A stretch of DNA of 20,000 nucleotides from an uncultured virus (IMG/VR IMGVR_UViG_3300034101_005937) (Duplodnaviria > Heunggongvirae > Uroviricota > Caudoviricetes). Location: IMG/VR virus record IMGVR_UViG_3300034101_005937, positions 57,852 to 77,851 of that record; one strand, 5' to 3'. Both the position numbers and the translations under genes were made by a program. This document shows, piece by piece, positions 1-6,378 of the stretch (within the stretch, counting starts at the first letter, position 1; every line of letters begins with the position of its first letter). Below the pieces are notes generated by a model. That model worked only from the letters and a program-made list of their open reading frames with translations, had not been told where the DNA came from and made no database searches.

Positions 1-183
1 ATGGACAATTCCGTATTTACAAATTCGATTAGCTGTATTAATAGCTTAGGGGCAACAGTTACTGTAACTATCAGAGCTTTCCCACCAAGCTGCCCAAAAA
101 TTAATTATAATAATCAGTGCAGCACAACCAACAGTGCATGGTTGCCAGCTATTACTGTCTGTCGCCAATCTCTTTTTGCTTGA
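1..183 (+). CDS. possible 3' end of a gene entering from the left of the window (hypothetical)
   Basis: Frame +1 is open from base 1 to the stop at 181-183, while the other two + frames close within 50 nt. The 3' end overlaps the convergent gene, as happens elsewhere in this window. No recognisable motif. Confidence 0.3.
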   Translation: MDNSVFTNSISCINSLGATVTVTIRAFPPSCPKINYNNQCSTTNSAWLPAITVCRQSLFA

Positions 184-1024
184 TTTTCAATAATTTTCTT
201 TTGGTTCTTGCAGGAGTTTCAATAACCTTGCAAGAACCGTCTTTATTTAAATTCTTTTGCTTTTGTTTTACGAATGTTGTGCTGTCTTTTTTATCATAGC
301 TACTAATATTGTTGTTGCCACCTGATGTAAATTTTTGAACATTATATTGAGCATAAAATCTAGCAGCTTTTTGAGCATTAACATCCCCAGCATTAATCAT
401 TTGCTCAGTCATAGTCCAATCTGATGTAAATGACTGTCTATGAACAGGAACTAATTGTGCAATTGGAGTTTTATCACTAGGCTTAAATCTAATTGGTTTA
501 AATTTTTGTGTGAATACAAGGTTCATCCATATGTCATACTGCATCCAGTCTGTTTCAAGCATACCTTCCATGATGTAGTAATGTTGCCGTTCAGGAAAGT
601 TTATAGGTGATCTAATTTGCAAACACCAATTTGGATTAGTTTTAAATATGCATCCTGTGTAAACCTGAACGACCCCTGCTTCAACCAATCCATATGTAAA
701 TTTTGATCTTCCCGTTCCAGTACTGCACCATTTTTCCATCTTAGCCAATTCTGGTGCTCTTAAAATGCTAGAAATTATTCCGTAATCTGAATCGTCATAT
801 TCTTCATAATTTTTATAAGTAAAATCTTTACCTCCATGCCAAGTGATCTCAAAGTCTATAGGAGGATATATCCAGAAACCCATTTGGTTGGCAATCTTGT
901 ATGGCATACACCACTTGATGCCATTCTGGTCGGCACTTTCATTGAGAGTTTTTTCTGCTCTTGCGATTCTACAGGCTTGTGGATGAGTTTTAAAAACTTC
1001 AAGATTTAACTGTTCTTCTCGCAT
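152..1024 (-). CDS. DUF6065-like protein (dUTPase-like beta-fold family, function unknown)
   Basis: 290-aa ORF with family-like motifs CMPYKIANQMGFWIYPPIDFEITWHGG, TGCIFKT..W..QIRSPIN, EGMLETDW and PIAQLVPV. Purine-rich GAGGGCAAGGAA lies just before the ATG. Confidence 0.7.
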   Translation of the reverse strand: MREEQLNLEVFKTHPQACRIARAEKTLNESADQNGIKWCMPYKIANQMGFWIYPPIDFEITWHGGKDFTYKNYEEYDDSDYGIISSILRAPELAKMEKWCSTGTGRSKFTYGLVEAGVVQVYTGCIFKTNPNWCLQIRSPINFPERQHYYIMEGMLETDWMQYDIWMNLVFTQKFKPIRFKPSDKTPIAQLVPVHRQSFTSDWTMTEQMINAGDVNAQKAARFYAQYNVQKFTSGGNNNISSYDKKDSTTFVKQKQKNLNKDGSCKVIETPARTKRKLLKIKQKEIGDRQ

Positions 1025-1069
1025 TTCCTTGCCCTCTTAATAATTTAAAAGAGTAAAGCAAAACAACCC

Positions 1070-1098
1070 TTGACCTAGTTGGTGAAATTGTCTAAGCT
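1070..1098 (+). promoter_or_regulatory. sigma70-type promoter of the ParB-like gene
   Basis: TTGACC (1070-1075), a 17-nt spacer, then TAAGCT (1093-1098). The predicted TSS at about 1105 coincides with the first ATG. Confidence 0.55.
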
Positions 1099-1104
1099 TG
1101 TTTC

Positions 1105-2424
1105 ATGTGGGAAGAGAATCCCATGTTAACGCCAAGGAAGTTACACATGAAAGCAGTTGATGTTGAAGCCGGTCTGTATCGTGTTGCTTTTGCTGATATT
1201 AAACCAGCTAAAGATTTTGATGAGTTTGAGTTTTCTTTCTTCAATCCTAGAATTCTCGATAACAATAAAAAAGAAATGTACGGATTTTCTAAGGAAGAAA
1301 TCGATAGTCTTAAAGAATCTATCAGAAGCAAAGGATTGATGGAAAATCTTAACATCAATGCCAATAACGGAGAATGTGGTCTTCTTGATGGTCATCGCCG
1401 ACACGAAGCTATTTCTCAGTTAATCAGTGAAAACGCTCCTTGCTTTGACAATCATACCAACCAGTGGGTGGCAGCTAAAGATCTTTACAAAGAAGTTATT
1501 GTAAAGGTTTTTAATAACCTTTCACCAGCTGATTGTTTCAGCAGGGCTTTTGATAGTGATAGCAATAAAGTTTCTTTTGGTGAAAATGCTAGCATCCGAT
1601 TTGTTGATTATTGCATCAACTTTAGGATGACAGAAAAGAAAATTGTCGAGATGTGTGGTAAAACCATTTCTTGGTTGCGCTATATTAGCAAACTGTTGTC
1701 CAAAGTTAACAAAGATCCTGTTATCAAGGATGCTTTGCTAAACGGTAGTATTAATGCCACTGCTGCTGATTCTTTAATGGACATTGAAGAAGAGCAAGAA
1801 CGCCACAATGTTTACAAGGCAGCTTTGGAAAAAGCAGAAGAAGATTTTGAAGAAAAAGTAAAAAAGACTAATCTTGCTATTAAAAACACCAACAGAAAGA
1901 TAGAGATTGCTAAAAAGAAGAAAGAAGAAGCAGAAGAATTTGGTGATATTGGAGATATTACTGATGCTGATGCTTTGCTTGAAAAGCATTCCACCACCTT
2001 GGAAATAAAGAAACGGGAGAAGAATGAAATTTCTCCAAAAATTAATACCAAAAACATTGAACAAGCTCTTGATGAAGTTGGTCTTGACATCGAATCTGAT
2101 GAAGAATCAGATGATGAATCTCCAAAAGCTACCAAGAAGCCAAAGATGTCTATCAAAAGCATCAAAGATGCTTGGATGAAAGAGATTGAATCTTCTATCA
2201 ACCGTGGACATATGACAGAAGAACAAGAATCAATTCCACCGATTCTCAACAATTGCTTTATCGATATGATTAAGGCAATGTTTGATGAGAAAATCAGCTA
2301 TCAAGATTTCATTTATCGCTGGACAGATAAAATGATTGATGCTGGTCTTAATTTGAATGCTGGATTCACTCAGACAAAGTCTGAACCAGAAGATGAAGAT
2401 GATGATGAAACTGGCGATCTATAA
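1105..2424 (+). CDS. ParB/Srx-family protein (ParB N-terminal domain, HTH-like segment, coiled coil, acidic tail)
   Basis: NPR...IDSLKESIRSKGLMENL...LLDGHRRHEAI contains the GxRR arginine patch. MTEKKIVEMCGKTISWLRYISKLL is HTH-like. A K/E-rich coiled coil follows. Alternative start at 1123. Confidence 0.8.
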   Translation: MWEENPMLTPRKLHMKAVDVEAGLYRVAFADIKPAKDFDEFEFSFFNPRILDNNKKEMYGFSKEEIDSLKESIRSKGLMENLNINANNGECGLLDGHRRHEAISQLISENAPCFDNHTNQWVAAKDLYKEVIVKVFNNLSPADCFSRAFDSDSNKVSFGENASIRFVDYCINFRMTEKKIVEMCGKTISWLRYISKLLSKVNKDPVIKDALLNGSINATAADSLMDIEEEQERHNVYKAALEKAEEDFEEKVKKTNLAIKNTNRKIEIAKKKKEEAEEFGDIGDITDADALLEKHSTTLEIKKREKNEISPKINTKNIEQALDEVGLDIESDEESDDESPKATKKPKMSIKSIKDAWMKEIESSINRGHMTEEQESIPPILNNCFIDMIKAMFDEKISYQDFIYRWTDKMIDAGLNLNAGFTQTKSEPEDEDDDETGDL

Positions 2425-2446
2425 CATTTTGATTTAGTTAAAATAT

Positions 2447-2477
2447 AAAACCCACAACAAAAGTTGTGGGTTTTTTT
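2447..2477 (+). terminator. intrinsic (rho-independent) terminator
   Basis: AAAACCCACAAC-AAAA-GTTGTGGGTTTT perfect stem running into a T7 tract, about 20 nt after the ParB-like stop. Confidence 0.85.
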
Positions 2478-2488
2478 ATATACCTGAT

Positions 2489-2494
2489 TAAATA
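2489..2494 (+). promoter_or_regulatory. putative late-promoter motif TAAATA
   Basis: TAAATA lies 6 nt before the ATG at 2501, directly after a terminator. It resembles the T4-type late promoter TATAAATA. Confidence 0.4.
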
Positions 2495-2500
2495 TGATAG

Positions 2501-2806
2501 ATGAAAATATCTTCTTGCCCATTTTGCGGAAAACCATTCCCTCAAATTTTGCACGATGGAATTATTTTTTGTGATAAATGCAATCACATGGTTGAAAGCT
2601 CACTTAGAAACAAATTGTTAAGCGTATTCAGATCAGTAGAAAAATATAATGGTGTAAGTCTTAGTCAGATAAAGTATGAAGCAGAACTTGATGATCAATC
2701 ATGGCAATTGATCATCAAGTCCTATGAGGATTGTTTATCATGGCAGGAATTTCAGGAATTACTAAATAAAATGTCACTGTCATCTTCTTCTTCAAGCTTG
2801 TCTTGA
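2501..2806 (+). CDS. small Zn-ribbon protein (hypothetical)
   Basis: N-terminal CPFC-x13-CDKC, followed by a helical C-terminal region; 101 aa. Confidence 0.7.
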   Translation: MKISSCPFCGKPFPQILHDGIIFCDKCNHMVESSLRNKLLSVFRSVEKYNGVSLSQIKYEAELDDQSWQLIIKSYEDCLSWQEFQELLNKMSLSSSSSSLS

Positions 2807-2979
2807 CGACCAAGAAGTTCTTCTCTTGCGATCACATAGTCTTTGTCAGCATCGATACCGATTTTTACTCTTCCGTTCTTACCATAACCTTGAATTCCAC
2901 AGATTGTTAAGGCAATGTCTTTGCCTTCTGGGGTTTTGATGTAAACTTTTTCGTATAACTTGCGTGTAAGTACTAACAT
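2752..2979 (-). CDS. csrA: CsrA/RsmA-family carbon storage regulator (RNA-binding translational regulator), 75 aa
   Basis: MLVLTRKLYEKVYI...VKIGIDADKDYVIAREEL matches the CsrA signature (MLVLTRK..E.I.I / V.IGI.A....I.REE). The true start is the ATG at 2979 with SD AAGGAGG at 2984-2990, not 3069 as in the ORF track. Confidence 0.9.
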   Translation of the reverse strand: MLVLTRKLYEKVYIKTPEGKDIALTICGIQGYGKNGRVKIGIDADKDYVIAREELLGRQDKLEEEDDSDILFSNS

Positions 2980-2982
2980 GAA

Positions 2983-2994
2983 GCCTCCTTGTAT
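2983..2994 (-). promoter_or_regulatory. RBS of csrA overlapping a near-consensus CsrA binding site
   Basis: The minus strand reads AUACAAGGAGGC, a 10/12 match to the CsrA consensus RUACARGGAUGU. Confidence 0.55.
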
Positions 2995-3061
2995 GTTTAT
3001 ACAAATTAAATGAGTAACGGTAACTAACTTAATTTGGATTTTCTCCTCAAGGACGCAATAA

Positions 3062-3514
3062 ATGTACAATCTAAAGACAATAACAAAAAAAGTTCCTTTA
3101 TTTGTTTACGGAACATTGAAAAAGGGTGAAAGAGCTTACAATAGACTTGAAGGGTCAAAGCTCATAGCCATGGCTGAACTTCAACCAGAATATAAATTAC
3201 TTAATTGTGGAAGATATCCAGCACTAGTAAAAGCCAAGAATGGTACGAATGCTATTTCTGGCGAAATTTATGAAGTTGCTAAAGATGTTCTTGAAAATTT
3301 ACACAATTATGAAGGTGTAAGTTCTGGTTTGTTTTATTTTGATTATTTGTCTTTAGGCGAAATTGAAATTGTTAATCAACCAGAAGACAATTTAACCAAA
3401 ATGATGCTCAACAGAAGTCTTGCTTTTGGTTATCTTTATGTTAATCAAAATGAAAATTTACCAGAAATAGAACACTGGTCTACTGATTTTCTCTTTTCTC
3501 TAGCCATTCGTTGA
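3062..3514 (+). CDS. gamma-glutamylcyclotransferase family protein (GGCT/AIG2-like, YtfP type)
   Basis: Motifs LFVYGTLKKG, YPALV, ISGEIYEV and LENLHNYEG (catalytic Glu region). Confidence 0.88.
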   Translation: MYNLKTITKKVPLFVYGTLKKGERAYNRLEGSKLIAMAELQPEYKLLNCGRYPALVKAKNGTNAISGEIYEVAKDVLENLHNYEGVSSGLFYFDYLSLGEIEIVNQPEDNLTKMMLNRSLAFGYLYVNQNENLPEIEHWSTDFLFSLAIR

Positions 3515-4415
3515 AACTTGGCATGTTGTGTTCTTTCAACATATATTTTTTCTTGCTTTTGCGCCATGTGCCGCCATGTTTCTTATAGTCTTTTGCTGCC
3601 CATGCATTTGCATAAGCTGAATTTCCTGTAACACATGGTTGATCATTAATATTGGTCACCCATGTGCCTAATGATGTTTCTGGACACCAAACCATTTCAT
3701 TACCAGATGGATGTATTTCAAAATTGCTTAGTAAAGGCATTCCTTCATCAACAAACAATTTGGTATAGGATTGAAATCCCATTGTAGATTCAAGCAATAA
3801 TTGATCGTTCTGTTCAATAACCCATTTATGATCAAGGGTAGATGTGCAGAAATAATGTCCATCAGTGTAAATTTCATGCACAGGAGCATTTTTATGGATG
3901 TGTATGTTTTCTATTTTAACAAATTTCCTTATTCTTTCATTAAGATCAAATGCAGCAATCTCATCTCCAACTTTTAATTCATTAACGTATTTCCACCCAT
4001 CCTTAGTTAAAGCTGGATAAGATACAGGCAAACATGGATACACATCAAATTTTCTTTTAGCTTTAGCTTTTGATTGTGCCCACAACTTGGGATTATTTGG
4101 CAAGTTTTTGCCTTCACTAAGATTTTCGTGAGATACCATAACTGGTTTTCTCCCTTTGTGATGAGGGTTTTTCTTTTCTGCTCTGCGTTTTTGGGCAGTA
4201 GCCTTTTCTTTAAGCTCAGGACTCATTGCAGCGGCTTTTTTTGCTGGACGGCACTTGGGGTAGGCTTTCTTCTGATCGCCCTTTCTAGACCCCTTTTTGG
4301 AGCTTGCACCACATGGTGGATGTTTGCCTGATTTGTCTTTGCGAGAAATGTCTACCCATTTCTCGTCAAACCATTTACCAAGACCTGAGTTTTTGTATGT
4401 TTCGTTAATATCCAT
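3480..4415 (-). CDS. basic Lys-rich viral protein (DUF5872-like motifs) interrupted by a mini-intein; 311-aa precursor, 173 aa after splicing
   Basis: GLGKWFDEKWVD..CG..YPKCRP and NPKLW..AK.KFDVYP|SAYANAWAAKDYKKHGGTW are motifs I recognise from small phage and giant-virus proteins. The YPSAYA motif is split by the intein. Confidence 0.75.
   Translation of the reverse strand: MDINETYKNSGLGKWFDEKWVDISRKDKSGKHPPCGASSKKGSRKGDQKKAYPKCRPAKKAAAMSPELKEKATAQKRRAEKKNPHHKGRKPVMVSHENLSEGKNLPNNPKLWAQSKAKAKRKFDVYPCLPVSYPALTKDGWKYVNELKVGDEIAAFDLNERIRKFVKIENIHIHKNAPVHEIYTDGHYFCTSTLDHKWVIEQNDQLLLESTMGFQSYTKLFVDEGMPLLSNFEIHPSGNEMVWCPETSLGTWVTNINDQPCVTGNSAYANAWAAKDYKKHGGTWRKSKKKYMLKEHNMPSFNEWLEKRENQ
3621..4034 (-). 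mobile_element. mini-intein (Hint domain only, no homing endonuclease), 138 aa, Cys128-Asn265
   Basis: Block A is CLPVSYPALTKDGWKYVNELKVGDEI, block B is STLDHKW, block F is VWCPETSLGTWV, and block G is VTGN followed by the +1 nucleophile Ser. Codons checked: TGT at 4034-4032 and AAT at 3623-3621. Confidence 0.9.
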
Positions 4416-4427
4416 GATAACATTATA

Positions 4428-4433
4428 TATTTA
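4428..4433 (-). promoter_or_regulatory. putative late-promoter motif TAAATA for the intein-containing gene
   Basis: The minus strand reads GGTAAATATATAATGTTATC-ATG. The motif is 12 nt before the start and there is no SD. Confidence 0.45.
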
Positions 4434-4458
4434 CCTGCAAAAAAATATTAATGACCTG

Positions 4459-4466
4459 TATAAATA
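4459..4466 (+). promoter_or_regulatory. T4-type late promoter TATAAATA
   Basis: Exact TATAAATA in an intergenic position, directly upstream of a GC-richer non-coding segment. Confidence 0.55.
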
Positions 4467-4471
4467 TAATT

Positions 4472-4596
4472 GGTTTCACATAGTGGTGGGCGTTTTTGCT
4501 GTTTCCTGCTCCGGTATGTGATTAAGGATTGTTCTGAAGATTAACAGCGTCAAGACATCCCCTGAAAACCGTAACAATTTGTTACGGTTTTATTTT
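4472..4596 (+). ncRNA. candidate structured non-coding RNA or regulatory leader, about 125 nt, family unknown
   Basis: Lies between TATAAATA and a terminator hairpin, is GC-richer than its flanks, and has no credible ORF. Complementary pairs are 4476-4482/4515-4521, 4498-4503/4543-4548, 4488-4496/4552-4560 and 4472-4478/4563-4570. Confidence 0.45.
4565..4596 (+). terminator. intrinsic terminator, potentially bidirectional
   Basis: AAAACCGTAACAA-T-TTGTTACGGTTTT perfect inverted repeat, followed by ATTTT. Confidence 0.75.
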
Positions 4597-4606
4597 GGAT
4601 AAAGTT

Positions 4607-4756
4607 ATGAAAGATTTTTTAGTTATTTGGCGAAGAGCCTTGGACTTAAATGAGAATGATCACTGCTTAACAGTGATCATTCGTACATTCTTTTGGGTGA
4701 TAAATATAATTACATGTGGTTTTATTATGGCTAATTGTACAAGACATTGGAATTAA
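4607..4756 (+). CDS. small 49-aa putative membrane protein (below the ORF-track cut-off)
   Basis: MKDFLVIWRRALDLNENDHCLTVIIRTFFWVINIITCGFIMANCTRHWN. It has a W..AL, IRT, hydrophobic helix, RHW pattern that I recall from small aquatic-phage proteins. Its stop overlaps the stop of the convergent gene. Confidence 0.7.
   Translation: MKDFLVIWRRALDLNENDHCLTVIIRTFFWVINIITCGFIMANCTRHWN
4654..4682. repeat. perfect 12-bp inverted repeat
   Basis: GAATGATCACTG-CTTAA-CAGTGATCATTC. Confidence 0.9.
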
Positions 4757-6378
4757 TTTTTTGTCATTTCGACAAACAAACTAATTTCAGGCAACATGTC
4801 AATTGTTTCTTTAATAATTTGTTTGTTTCCATTACAAAATGTTTTCTTTTCAACAACAAATCCTGCTTTTTCACCCAACGTCTTTAAACCAGCAAAATCA
4901 TATGCAATCTTATGACCTTCAAATAGCAATGACCATAATTTACCTGATTCAAATTCATTTCTAGCACAGCCATCGTTAATTTCATCAAATACATTCAATT
5001 GATTGGCTTGATAATATTTAATCAATTTATCAGCATCTGGTACTGCAATACGCAATACAGCACCTTTTTTCATGCAACGATAACATTCACTAAGGAAACT
5101 GATACCTTCTGCGACAGTCAAGTGTTCAAACATATGACTTGAATAAGCCAAATCAATAGTTTCATTTTGAAAAGGTAATGGATTTTGTGCATTAATTGCT
5201 AAAAACTTGTATTTGTGCCTAGATGCAAAATCTTGTAAATTCAAAACATCAGTATTGATCCATCCGTAATGGAACATATTAATAAAGCTGCCAAAGTTAA
5301 CCTTAAGTTTATTGTCGCCAGCAGGAATGTTGACAGCAATATTTCCACGCTCTAAGTCTTCTTTGTCAACAACCAATTGCGTTGATGGCATTCTTTCAAG
5401 CCACCATTCCTTAGTTCTCAAAGTACAATGAGTTTTATCAAATCCATCATCATTTTCACCAAAATCAACACCATGCAAGCCACGCTTACTAACTCGATCC
5501 ATTTCTTTCAAAACAGCATCAAGATGTTCTTCTGGAATATGTTCAAAAACCGCTGTTGAAAACGCTAAATCAAATTCTTTGTCTTTGAAATTCCAAGGAG
5601 TCTGACAAATATCCCATTCAATCACATCATTGGTAACTCTGGTTAGTTGACAATGATGACTGATTTCTAATCCTTTAGACCTAACTCCAGCATCATTAAA
5701 TTTCTTAACCATGTACCCTCTAGCAGCACCAATCTCTAGAATGGATTCGGGATTGTGTTCCATTACTTTTTGATAAGTAACCCAGTGAACAGGATAATCC
5801 CAATATCCTTCATGAGCGTAACCGCCAACTTTGCCACCACCATTGAAGTAATGTTTGTCGAATAGACTTTTGCGATCTTCTTTTTTTGGTTTTGTAACTT
5901 CAATAATCATGTCTGTTCCTAATTCCCCATGTGGTAAAACTACTATGTTTTCAAACCCTGCTTCACGCATTAGCTTGATTGCATAAACAGGACAAAGACT
6001 GTTTCTGTGCGTGTTTTCATCATAATTCTGATCACCAAATATAATGGAAGAACTGTCATCATTCCATTCTTCTTGATTCAATACCCATTCCATTTGTCTT
6101 TTTGTGTTAGCTGTTATAAAAACGGCTTTGCCACTATCACGAAGAATTCTAAATACTTCTGAAACAAAAAGTTTGACTTTACGCCAAGAAAGATGTTCAA
6201 TACAATAGCAACTAAAAACACCATCGTATGTGGAATTTGTAAGAGGCAAAGATTGATTGAAATCAGCCACTACATCCACAGTGTCACCAGAACGAACATC
6301 AACATTTGGACGGAAGTAAGGATTGTCTCCTCCACCCAATTCAATTACATTTTTCGTAAACGGAAAAGTATAACTCAT
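4753..6378 (-). CDS. triple-domain class I SAM-dependent methyltransferase (Methyltransf_11-like x3), about 541 aa
   Basis: Three motif-I/EH sets: VIELGGG...YDGVFSCYCIEHL; ILEIGAARG...FDLAFSTAVFEHI; VNFGS...IDLAYSSHMFEHL..ECYRCMKKGAVLRIAVPD. The probable start is the ATG at 6378, in an ATGA overlap with the upstream stop and with SD GGAGAGG. The ORF track starts at TTG 6399. Confidence 0.85.
   Translation of the reverse strand: MSYTFPFTKNVIELGGGDNPYFRPNVDVRSGDTVDVVADFNQSLPLTNSTYDGVFSCYCIEHLSWRKVKLFVSEVFRILRDSGKAVFITANTKRQMEWVLNQEEWNDDSSSIIFGDQNYDENTHRNSLCPVYAIKLMREAGFENIVVLPHGELGTDMIIEVTKPKKEDRKSLFDKHYFNGGGKVGGYAHEGYWDYPVHWVTYQKVMEHNPESILEIGAARGYMVKKFNDAGVRSKGLEISHHCQLTRVTNDVIEWDICQTPWNFKDKEFDLAFSTAVFEHIPEEHLDAVLKEMDRVSKRGLHGVDFGENDDGFDKTHCTLRTKEWWLERMPSTQLVVDKEDLERGNIAVNIPAGDNKLKVNFGSFINMFHYGWINTDVLNLQDFASRHKYKFLAINAQNPLPFQNETIDLAYSSHMFEHLTVAEGISFLSECYRCMKKGAVLRIAVPDADKLIKYYQANQLNVFDEINDGCARNEFESGKLWSLLFEGHKIAYDFAGLKTLGEKAGFVVEKKTFCNGNKQIIKETIDMLPEISLFVEMTKN

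Noticed and set aside
2980..3069. N-terminal 30-aa extension of CsrA given in the ORF track
   Set aside because: CsrA proteins begin at MLVLTRK, a strong SD precedes 2979, and the extension would overlap the divergent gene start.
4472..4548. HDV-like/theta ribozyme suggested by the crossed helices
   Set aside because: There is no G at the P1 start, P3 is only 2 bp, and no properly placed catalytic C-(N)-RA segment precedes the P2 3' strand.
4490..4570. CsrB/RsmZ-like sponge RNA
   Set aside because: Only one GGA on the + strand and three on the - strand, with no regular array of GGA-loop hairpins.
4534..4596. Hammerhead ribozyme (CUGAAGA ... GAAA followed by a hairpin)
   Set aside because: Stem II cannot close (U opposite U next to the core) and no stem I pairing is available. 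The downstream hairpin is better explained as a terminator.
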